Shown here: piece by piece, positions 18,031 through 25,503 of the stretch
Layout: each line of letters opens with the position of its first letter
Position numbering within the stretch: the first letter of the stretch is position 1
NCBI GenBank assembly: GCA_031551255.1
Contig: JAVBNW010000045.1
Span: 63,430 to 127,429 of the forward strand
Length of the DNA stretch: 64,000 nt
Source of the DNA: Eubacteriales bacterium
GTDB lineage: Bacteria; Bacillota; Clostridia; Christensenellales; UBA1750
Reading direction: 5' to 3'
Notes under the pieces: generated by a model
The model's database searches: none
Told to the model about the DNA's origin: nothing
Seen by the model: the letters and a program-made list of their open reading frames with translations, nothing else
Made by a program: the position numbers and the translations under genes

Positions 18031-18867
18031 CTATACGCCCTGCCCGTCCCCCGATAGTAGTTTATCGACAAACGCCATTTCCAGAGCAAAAGCCTCGTTC
18101 CACGCGCTTTCGTTGTGCAGCTCGTGGCGCATGCCGGGAAATTCGCGGTATTCGCACAGCGCACCCGCCCCGGCGGCAAAATCTCGCGAGCCCAACGGAT
18201 CGCAGATCGAATCGCCCCCTCCGTGTACCAGCAACAGCGGCACGGAAAGCTCGCCCGCGTGGGCCAGCGAGTGGATTCCAGCGCGGTGCGCGCCCAGGGC
18301 CATGCTCAGCGATATCTTACTATGCACGAGCGGGTCTCGGGCATACGCATTGCTTTTTTCAGGATCTGAGCACAGGCCGGCGGCGTCCAGCCCATTGTCG
18401 ATGGTTAAGCCCGGGGCCATGAAGGCCAATGCGGGGAGCAAGGCGGCCGTGGCGCCGGATATGGGGCGCACGAGCCTGAGCCAGGGGCTGGATACGATGC
18501 CTCCGATCACCGGCAGGGGCTGCGTCAGCAGCAAATGGATCGCCAAACCGCCGCCGAAGCTGTGGCCGAACAAAATTAAAGGCGCGCCATCCTGCGCTGA
18601 AGCGGCCAAAAACTCCAGCGCGTCCTGTATGATTTTTGCGTACGGAGCATCGCCCCGTTTGCCGGGCGACAGCCCGTGGCCGCGATAGTCCAGCATGCGC
18701 AGGGACAAACCGCGGCTATTGAACGCCTCGCCGACGGCGGCATAGCGCCCGGCGTACTCGCCCAGACCATGCAGCCCACATACGACGGCTCGCGGCGAAG
18801 GCGCCTCAAAGCGCGTCAGGTGAAGCTCCACCCCATCCGACATGCGCATGGTATCTTCGTGGCGCAT
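18031..18867 (-). CDS. Alpha/beta hydrolase (lysophospholipase / monoacylglycerol-lipase-like)
   Basis: 278-aa ORF with HGLGEYAGRY and the nucleophile elbow LFGHSFGG. Confidence 0.85.
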   Translation of the reverse strand: MRHEDTMRMSDGVELHLTRFEAPSPRAVVCGLHGLGEYAGRYAAVGEAFNSRGLSLRMLDYRGHGLSPGKRGDAPYAKIIQDALEFLAASAQDGAPLILFGHSFGGGLAIHLLLTQPLPVIGGIVSSPWLRLVRPISGATAALLPALAFMAPGLTIDNGLDAAGLCSDPEKSNAYARDPLVHSKISLSMALGAHRAGIHSLAHAGELSVPLLLVHGGGDSICDPLGSRDFAAGAGALCEYREFPGMRHELHNESAWNEAFALEMAFVDKLLSGDGQGV

Positions 18868-19229
18868 AACACATCACATCCTCATCGTCGCGGACTTCGT
18901 ATCGCTCCTCGTCGGGGCGCACTGCGCTCCTCCTCTTCCTCAAAACCGCTGAGGCGATTTTACGGAGTGGCAAGCTGCGACGAAGAAAGAAACGGGGCAA
19001 CTCGTCGTCGCGGACTGCGCATCGCCCCCCTCTTCCTTCGAATCGCTGTGGCGTTTTGAAGGAGTACGTCGCGTCGGGGCAAAAAACGGGAGCGCGCGCT
19101 CCTCATCCCTCTTACTCCCACTCCCAAAGAAACCTCAGTTTCTTTGGGAAGAGGAGATTCCACGGAGCGGACATTCCCATATGGCATCGCAATGCCGTAT
19201 GGGAATAAAGCACAGTGCGAATCGACGAG
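18868..19229. repeat. Array of the modular hairpin-repeat family
   Basis: CTCCTCTTCC at 18930-39 abuts the hairpin at 18938-65 (loop TGAG). Other hairpins: 19027-63 (loop TGTG), 19123-48 (cccaaagaaac-CTCA-gtttctttggg, followed by GGAAGAGGAG at 19147-56), and 19176-19203 (cccatatggcat-CGCA-atgccgtatggg). The boxes TCGTCGCGGACTKCGYATCGC (twice) and CTCGTCGGGGCGCACTGCGCT (18908-28) are also present. Confidence 0.85.
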
Positions 19230-19490
19230 TTAGATGCCTAGCGCATCCGAGATCGCTTCGGCAATTGCCGCAATCGCCGCGTCTTCGTCTTTGCCGTCGG
19301 CCGTCAAACGCACGGTGCTGGAAATCTCTCCTAGCGATACCATGCCCATTACGGATTTTGCGTTGACCGTTTTACTGCCAATGTTAATGAGCACGCTCGC
19401 GCCATACTTGGTCGCGATGCGCACGATTCCGCTCGCCGCCTGCGCCGATATGCGCCCGCCCCTTCCGACGGGTAGTTCCTTAGTGGTCAT
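19230..19490 (-). CDS. HPr-like phosphocarrier-fold protein of the Crh type (Ser-46 motif present, His-15 absent)
   Basis: 86-aa ORF: ...GRGGRISAQAASGIV...GSKTVNAKSVMGMVSLG.... An ATGA start/stop overlap joins it to whiA. The Bacillus yvcJ-yvcK-whiA-crh operon is the model for this arrangement. Confidence 0.8.
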   Translation of the reverse strand: MTTKELPVGRGGRISAQAASGIVRIATKYGASVLINIGSKTVNAKSVMGMVSLGEISSTVRLTADGKDEDAAIAAIAEAISDALGI

Positions 19491-20440
19491 ACTTGACCCT
19501 CCCCTTCCTGTTCCCCTTGCCTATATTCGGCCGCCATCGTCTGCAGCCTGCGGAGCCTGTGGTTTACGCCGCTCTTACCCAGCGGCGTCATGAACAGAGC
19601 GCCAAGTTCTTCCAACGTTGCCTCTGGGTGCGCTAGGCGAAGCTCCGCCGCTTCTTTAAGTGCCGGAGATAATCTTTTGAACGCATCGCGTCGCTCCAGC
19701 TCCTCTATTGCGGCAATTTGCCGGTAGGCCGCTGCGGTCGCCTTGTCTACATTTGCGCTTTCACAGTTGACTTGCCGGTTCACTTTGTTGCGCAGTTCCT
19801 TCACGACTCGAACGTTTTCCAGTTCCAGCAGCGCTTCCACCGCGCCCATCATCGCCAGCGCATCGGAAATGCGCTCGGCATCCTTCAGGTACACGATGCT
19901 GCGTTCTTTGCGCGTAGCCACGCCGGATTCGATGCCCTCCCTAGTGAGCATGGCGCGTAGCTGCTTAGCGCAAGATGCCCGCGCAAAGCTCCATTCGAGA
20001 TGATAGCCCTTTTCAGGAGCGCCCAACGTGCCGCTCAGTAAAAACGCGCCGCGCGCGAAAGCCCTTCGGCAGCAGGATTTCGCGGCCAGTCCGGGCGGTA
20101 GATCCGCCTCTATGCCCAGTGCGTTAAGCCCCGAGGCGTTAAGCGCATCCGCCGCATCCTTGCCCTTGAGCGTAACGCGAAAGGTTTCGCCGCCGAGCGC
20201 GGCGCTTCTGTGCGCGCTGAGCTCCGATTGCGCGCAAAATGCCCGTCGAAATAAGGAAAGTGCGCGGTGCGCGATCGGGGCCTGGTCGCTCTCTATGTGA
20301 ACTGATTGCCTGCCGCCTCCGGCAAGGGAGAGCACCCCGCCCGCGTTGAGCATGCCCGCGGCCTCGGCCAGCGCACAACAGGCATCGCCATAGGGAAGAC
20401 GCGCGATTTCCGCGCGCGCCCGGGATGCGTAGGACACCAC
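19487..20440 (-). CDS. whiA: Sporulation/cell-division regulator WhiA
   Basis: 317-aa ORF with LAGLIDADG-like middle domains and a C-terminal HTH (LAHPEATLEELGALFMTPLGKSGVNHRLRRL). The start is either of the tandem GTGs at 20440 and 20437, which follow AAGGGGGGA. Confidence 0.88.
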   Translation of the reverse strand: MVSYASRARAEIARLPYGDACCALAEAAGMLNAGGVLSLAGGGRQSVHIESDQAPIAHRALSLFRRAFCAQSELSAHRSAALGGETFRVTLKGKDAADALNASGLNALGIEADLPPGLAAKSCCRRAFARGAFLLSGTLGAPEKGYHLEWSFARASCAKQLRAMLTREGIESGVATRKERSIVYLKDAERISDALAMMGAVEALLELENVRVVKELRNKVNRQVNCESANVDKATAAAYRQIAAIEELERRDAFKRLSPALKEAAELRLAHPEATLEELGALFMTPLGKSGVNHRLRRLQTMAAEYRQGEQEGEGQV

Positions 20441-20521
20441 GCTCCCCCCTTATCATAAAACGATTCAACGATCATCCGCATGCCTGAGCGGGCGACTGGC
20501 GCGGGTTTTCATCGGCGGGCG

Positions 20522-21370
20522 CTACGGCTTATCCCGATGGCTTACCGATACCGCATAGCCCATCGTCGCGATGGCGCGGGCGATGTCTTGCGCGAGCAAT
20601 ACCGACCGATGTTGCCCTCCCGTGCAGCCCACGGCAACGACCAGGCGGCTCTTACCTTCGCGGCGATAAAGTGGCAGCAAAAAGTCGAGCAGATCGGTGG
20701 TTTTCGCGAGAAAAATGTCGGTTTCCGGAAATGAGTGTACATAATCGATGACGGGTTGATCCAAGCCCGTCATCGGGCGCATCTCCGGAATATAGAACGG
20801 GTTGGGAAGAAAGCGAACATCCAACACTAGGTCGGCGTCCTGCGGCATGCCGCGCTTGAAGCCGAAGGACAAAAGCGTAACCCGCAAAATGTCTTCGTGC
20901 TCGCCCGCGAACAGGCGCACCATCGTCTCGCGCAGTTCCCGCGTAAGCATCTTCGTGGTGTCGATCACCCGGTCGGCGGCGGCCCTTAAAGGGGCAAGAG
21001 CCTCCCGCTCGCGCTCAATCGTCCTGGCGATGAGCTCGTTGCTGCCGTATGGATGTGCCCTGCGCGTTTCGTTGTAGCGGCGCACGAGCTCCTCGTCAGT
21101 TGCATCCAAAAACACGATTTCATAGGCGATATGCTGCGTGCGCATCTCTTCAAGCGCGCTCTCGATGCCCCCGAAGAACACGCCGCCGCGAATATCCACC
21201 ACTACCGCCACGCGCTCAATCGTGCTTTCGGCCTTGAGGCACAGCTGCGCCATGGGAAGCAGGAGCGCCGGGGGAAGATTATCCACACAATAAAAACCCG
21301 CGTCTTCCAGCGCGTGCAACGCCTGCGTCTTTCCCGCGCCGGACAGGCCCGTCAGCACCACAAAGCGCAT
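20522..21370 (-). CDS. rapZ: RapZ/YvcJ-family P-loop nucleotide-binding protein (RNase adapter RapZ homologue)
   Basis: 282-aa ORF: MRFVVLTGLSGAGKTQALHALEDAGFYCVDNLP...GCTGGQHRSV. Confidence 0.9.
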   Translation of the reverse strand: MRFVVLTGLSGAGKTQALHALEDAGFYCVDNLPPALLLPMAQLCLKAESTIERVAVVVDIRGGVFFGGIESALEEMRTQHIAYEIVFLDATDEELVRRYNETRRAHPYGSNELIARTIEREREALAPLRAAADRVIDTTKMLTRELRETMVRLFAGEHEDILRVTLLSFGFKRGMPQDADLVLDVRFLPNPFYIPEMRPMTGLDQPVIDYVHSFPETDIFLAKTTDLLDFLLPLYRREGKSRLVVAVGCTGGQHRSVLLAQDIARAIATMGYAVSVSHRDKP

Positions 21371-21431
21371 CGCCTTGCCTCCTTTGTACAGCCGCTAAAA
21401 CAATCGCCGGGCGATTGCTTCGCATAGCAAA

Positions 21432-22340
21432 TTATCCGTCTTTTATATCTTCTCCCAGGACGCGAATTTCCGTTTCCAGCCATATTCCAAAGCGTGCGTG
21501 TACCGCTTCGCGCACGAGCTCGATCAACGCAAGCACATCTGCGGCGGTAGCGCCGCCGGTGTTTACGATGAACCCTGCATGCTTTTGAGAAACCTGTGCT
21601 CCGCCCACCGAGAGGCCCTTAAGGCCCGCATCGTCGATCAGCTTTGCCGCATAGGCGCCCTCAGGGCGCTTGAACACCGAGCCCGCGCTGGGAAGGTTTA
21701 GGGGCTGGCTGGCCGTGCGGCGCGCGGTGAAATCTTCCATGCGGCGCCCGATGGCCTTGGGGTCGTCGGGGGTAAGCGCGAATCGCGCCTCTACCGCCGC
21801 CATGCCGCTTTGCGAAAGCGCGCATGAACGGTAGCCGAAGGCAAGGTCGTCTCGAGCAAGAGAGATGCATTCTCCCATGCGCGTTACGGCATCGACCGAT
21901 TCGACCGCCTGCGCGATCTCTCCGCCGTACGCGCCGGCGTTCATCGCCAGCGCACCGCCCACGTTGCCGGGTATGCCGGCTAAGCACTCCAGCCCCGAAA
22001 GCCCGGCATCCCTCGCCGCCAGTGCCGTTTTACGCATCGACGCGCCGGCTTGGGCGACGATGGTATTTCCTCGTACGGAAATTTCGCGCATTCCTTCTCC
22101 GACGGCGATGACCAGGCCGCGGATGCCGCCGTCCCGCACCAGAAGGTTTGAGCCGTTGCCGATCACAAGCGCGGTTTCTCCCGCGCGCACAGCCGCTTTC
22201 ATCGCCTGCGCGATGTCGGAGGCACTATGCGCGATCAGCAAAAAATCAGCGGGGCCGCCGATTAGAAACGTGGTGCGTCGCGCCATCGGCTCGCCTGCGC
22301 GCACGTCAAGGTTCGTAAGTACTTGGGCCCAATCCGTCAA
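21432..22340 (-). CDS. murB: UDP-N-acetylenolpyruvoylglucosamine reductase MurB
   Basis: Track ORF 21432..22739 is over-extended. AAGGAGAG, 6 nt and a TTG at 22340 give a 302-aa protein: (M)TDWAQVL...EPMARRTTFLIGGPADFL...GNGSNLLVRDGGIRG...GIPGNVGGALAMNAGAYG...SAGSVFKRP. Confidence 0.9.
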   Translation of the reverse strand: MTDWAQVLTNLDVRAGEPMARRTTFLIGGPADFLLIAHSASDIAQAMKAAVRAGETALVIGNGSNLLVRDGGIRGLVIAVGEGMREISVRGNTIVAQAGASMRKTALAARDAGLSGLECLAGIPGNVGGALAMNAGAYGGEIAQAVESVDAVTRMGECISLARDDLAFGYRSCALSQSGMAAVEARFALTPDDPKAIGRRMEDFTARRTASQPLNLPSAGSVFKRPEGAYAAKLIDDAGLKGLSVGGAQVSQKHAGFIVNTGGATAADVLALIELVREAVHARFGIWLETEIRVLGEDIKDG

Positions 22341-22455
22341 AGTAAACTCTCCTTGTCGCGAAAATAGCGCGGCGCCTGAGGCCGGTTTACTGCATTTGTC
22401 TCCCGACGACGGCGCGCTCATTTTCATTCTTAGTGTAACGGATTTGGCAAGGTTG

Positions 22456-23661
22456 TCAAGGCATTCCTTCATGGGAAGGGCTTGCCGCTTTAGGCTCCTG
22501 TGCGCTTTGAAAACCACCCTTCTCCCAGCCAAGAGAGCGAAGGTATGCGCTCGCCGCATCGATCCCTTTGCCGGCGGAGGATATGGCGCGGCTTTGCTCA
22601 AACACATTGGGGACGACGACATCGCCCGCCAGAGATTCTTCAATTTGGCATAGGCCCGGCGCTTGCGCATAGAGCGGCTCCCCGGCGGTAACGGGCATAA
22701 GCCCCATGCGGGGAAGTTCGCCGCGCGCCTTGTCGCCAAGAAACGTTACGAGCAGCTCGGCCGCGGCTGCCGAGCGCCCGGCGCTGTCCTCAGAGGCAGC
22801 CCTGCCCGCCCGCTCGGGCCTGACGACGCCGGCCAGCAGCAAAAGGTCGGTATATGCGGGGCCCTCGCAGGGGAGCGCCTCCCAGTCGCCTATCCTGCCG
22901 CCCGACGACAACGCCTGGAGGCGGGCGATTTCATAGGGCGTCGCCACATAGCACGCGTACTTTTTTTCAAGCGCAAAATCGGGCCACGCGAATTCTCGCC
23001 GGATCGTACCGATGTTTGCGGGTAACGCGGAAGGATCATCCAAAATAGCGCCGCCGGTCAACGCAATCAGGCCGGCCAGGGGATATTGCGTGTCGGCCGC
23101 GGCGCACTGCACCGCGTTCTTTTTGCCACTCAGCGCACTTAGGCATTCTTCCCAGCCGTTCCACTGCGCACCGGAGGTAAGCGTATTCTCGTGCGCCACC
23201 GCGATATAGCCTCCCACGGCGACGGGCAGCGCATACGCCTGGCCGCCTAGCGAGGCGGCGGCGAGATATTCCGGTCGCACCGCGTCAATGTTGCCCTCCA
23301 GCGGCATCAGCCAATCGTGCGGATCGTCAAGGGCGCCCGCGCCAAAGAGTACGACATCGGGAGCGGCGCCGGCCGCCAGCGCCTCGCGCAGCGCATAGGG
23401 CCGCATTTCCCGAATGGACACGAGCACGCCCGGATACGCCTTCTCAAAGTATTTTGCCACGGCGTTCGCATAAGAAATAAGGCCGCTGCCCACGTTGAAC
23501 GTAGGCGCGATGCCCAGAGAAAGCACGCCCTCCCACGGGCCGCGTTCGCGCCTAAGATGCTCGGGTGTCGTTAGTGGGCGCAGCGCCGCAAATGCCGGCG
23601 CGCCGACGACGAGCGCGACGAGCAAAGCCGCCAGCAGCACCCGCGCCATGTTCTTTTTCAT
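22456..23661 (-). CDS. Secreted protein with signal peptide, periplasmic-binding-protein-like (function unknown)
   Basis: 401-aa ORF. The signal peptide is MKKNMARVLLAALLVALVVGAPAFA. The Ala/Gly-rich body is vaguely SBP-like, but I recognise no firm family. Confidence 0.6.
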   Translation of the reverse strand: MKKNMARVLLAALLVALVVGAPAFAALRPLTTPEHLRRERGPWEGVLSLGIAPTFNVGSGLISYANAVAKYFEKAYPGVLVSIREMRPYALREALAAGAAPDVVLFGAGALDDPHDWLMPLEGNIDAVRPEYLAAASLGGQAYALPVAVGGYIAVAHENTLTSGAQWNGWEECLSALSGKKNAVQCAAADTQYPLAGLIALTGGAILDDPSALPANIGTIRREFAWPDFALEKKYACYVATPYEIARLQALSSGGRIGDWEALPCEGPAYTDLLLLAGVVRPERAGRAASEDSAGRSAAAAELLVTFLGDKARGELPRMGLMPVTAGEPLYAQAPGLCQIEESLAGDVVVPNVFEQSRAISSAGKGIDAASAYLRSLGWEKGGFQSAQEPKAASPSHEGMP

Positions 23662-24387
23662 CGGCGGTCCCCCCCATCCATCGTATGGAAAAAGACCGCG
23701 GGTTATGTTCCGCGGCTCAGCGCGATGACAAACTGCGGTTTGTCATTGCGACATGCAAGTGCTTGAGGTGGCTCATGCATGCCGGATGGATTGGAAACAG
23801 CGGAGGATGAAGCAATCCGGCATCGCGCAAGACGGCGCTTCGGAAAAGTCTCTCGCTTACGCTCACCACGTCTTGCGTCATTTTCGACCGGACTTGCATA
23901 CCGGCCGGCATGAGCCTGCGGCCGTACAACCTTGCAGTTCGCAAGTACCCGTGGCAATCTTCTAACGCAGATTGCCACGGGTCGCTACTCCACCCCACCA
24001 AACCTTCGGTTTGTCGAGGACCCCGGCTGGCTTTGCGCCGTGCTGATTTGCGCCTTTGGCGCGCACGGCTCCGGCCGCCCTCCGGCTCTTTTTATGCGAA
24101 GGCCCGACACCAAGCCCGTGCAGTGCACGCAAGCAGCCAGGGGCAGAGCCGGTGAGCGACCTGCGGTAGCCGACTTTGAGAGGCTGGCACAGGTATCCGC
24201 CAACTGAGGCAGGCCCCGCGCCCCGGGAAGAACCGCATAATGCAGAACCTCTTCCGTTTCCTGAACCTTTCTTTTTCTTTGTTTACTTTCTCATCAGCCT
24301 GGGCCGCGGTTTTATGGATTTATGGCGGGTATCGCCGAAGGGGATATTACGATATGCGCTCTAAATTGCCCCTCAGCAGCCTCTCAT
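23662..24387. other. 726-bp ORF-free, hairpin-dense spacer
   Basis: Hairpins: 23721-50 (13-bp stem, loop TGCG); 23826-34 paired with 23869-77 (cgcaagacg/cgtcttgcg, 34-nt loop); 23947-82 (acccgtggcaatct...agattgccacgggt, 14 bp). All track ORFs here are short and low-complexity. Confidence 0.7.
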
Positions 24388-24797
24388 TCAGTTCCCATAA
24401 TCCTGTTCGGTAAACAACCCGGCCGCATCCTCGAAGGAAAGCCATTGTATACGATCGTGTTGCTCCGAAACCTTAATGGTACCGGCGCACATCGCAAAAA
24501 AACGCACAGGCACCACGACGACATCGTCGCCCCATTGCGCGGCGTGGGCGCCGAAGACGGCGGCGGGCACATAACCCATGCAGGTAAGCCCATACAACGC
24601 AGCGCCGCCACAGACCCCCGCTTCGTAGGCGGCCACGCGCAAAGCGGCCTGCTTGGGGGTTTCATCGTCCCTCACGCCGCCGGACGCCCCTGAAAAATAC
24701 GAGCGTCGTCGGATCTTTGCATGACGGCATATTCATACCGGTTTTCTTCGCCTTTTCTGAAGAAATAAATATGGACGTTTTCGGCGCGTCTGATCAT
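24388..24797 (-). pseudogene. NUDIX-domain gene split by a -1 frameshift at a T5 run, with a degenerate Nudix box
   Basis: The ATG at 24797 opens MIRRAENVHIYFFRKGEENRYEYAVMQRSDDARIFQGRPAA*. The domain continues in another frame as ...SGASGGVRDDETPKQAALRVAAYEAGV... (track ORF 24388..24675). The break lies at cgtatttttcagg. Confidence 0.7.
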
Positions 24798-24835
24798 GGC
24801 TTATCACGCCTCCCCATGCTGACTCGTGCGCTGGT

Positions 24836-25192
24836 TTAACAGAGCCTGCTCAGCGCCTCTTCCAAGGTCGGCACAAAAAATATGGCGCTCCCTTGGTTGC
24901 TTTCGTAGATGAAATCGCCAAGGCTCTTGCTGTCCTTCGTATAGGCGGAAATATCGCCCCAAATCGCCGCGCGCATGTGGTAGTTTGTAAATTTTTGAAG
25001 GATCTCTCCCGCAAGGCCGGTGCGTAGCTGGAAAAATTCCGGCGCAATATCCGCCGCGCAAAGCACCAGGGCGGTATGGCCTGCGAACATCGCATCGCCC
25101 AAGAGATCCATCGCGTCGGCTACTGCGTCGATGCGATGCTCCGTTACGACCGCTATGCTTCCGTTTTTACCCTCGATGATATCCATGTGCAT
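24836..25192 (-). CDS. DUF4180 domain protein
   Basis: 118-aa ORF: ...LVLCAADIAPEFFQLRTGLAGEILQKFTNYHMRAAIWGDISAYTKDSKSLGDFIYESNQGSAIFFV. It matches my recollection of the DUF4180 family. Confidence 0.7.
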   Translation of the reverse strand: MHMDIIEGKNGSIAVVTEHRIDAVADAMDLLGDAMFAGHTALVLCAADIAPEFFQLRTGLAGEILQKFTNYHMRAAIWGDISAYTKDSKSLGDFIYESNQGSAIFFVPTLEEALSRLC

Positions 25193-25440
25193 GGCCGATT
25201 ATCCCTTCCTTTCTATCATTGCCATTTGATCGCCGTCGAAATCGGCATTATAGTCTACCAACTTCAAAAGCGAAACGACGAGCGAGAGATTTTATCGCAG
25301 GGCAAGGAGGTGAAAGGAGGCGACCCTTCGGGATGCGCCTTCGGCGTGAAATACCTTAAGCTACGCAGACCTATGCTCGACGCCGCCATACGGTAAAAGA
25401 TTCGCTCGCATGCTCCGGTTTCGGGGATGCTTGAATATAA

Positions 25441-25474
25441 AGATTTATAAAGAAAATGCCCGTTTCCGGGCATT
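25441..25474 (-). terminator. Rho-independent terminator of thrC
   Basis: The minus strand reads aatgcccg-gaaa-cgggcatt followed by ttctttataaatcttt. Confidence 0.7.
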
Positions 25475-25503
25475 GATGGATTCCGTGTCCGGATGCGCCC
25501 GCG

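Noticed and set aside
18868-19229. Possibility that the hairpin arrays (also 47250-47829) are CRISPR arrays
   Set aside because: There is no constant-length direct repeat separated by unique spacers. The units are inverted relative to each other, the stems vary in sequence, and no cas genes are in the window.
21432-22739. Long N-terminal extensions in the ORF track (murB 435 aa; also 27416, 14196, 35623, 38668, 27004-27807, 58765-59568, 57685-58764, 16416-17018)
   Set aside because: The extensions cross upstream genes, terminators or repeats and lack RBSs. Internal starts with strong SD sequences give proteins of family-typical length.
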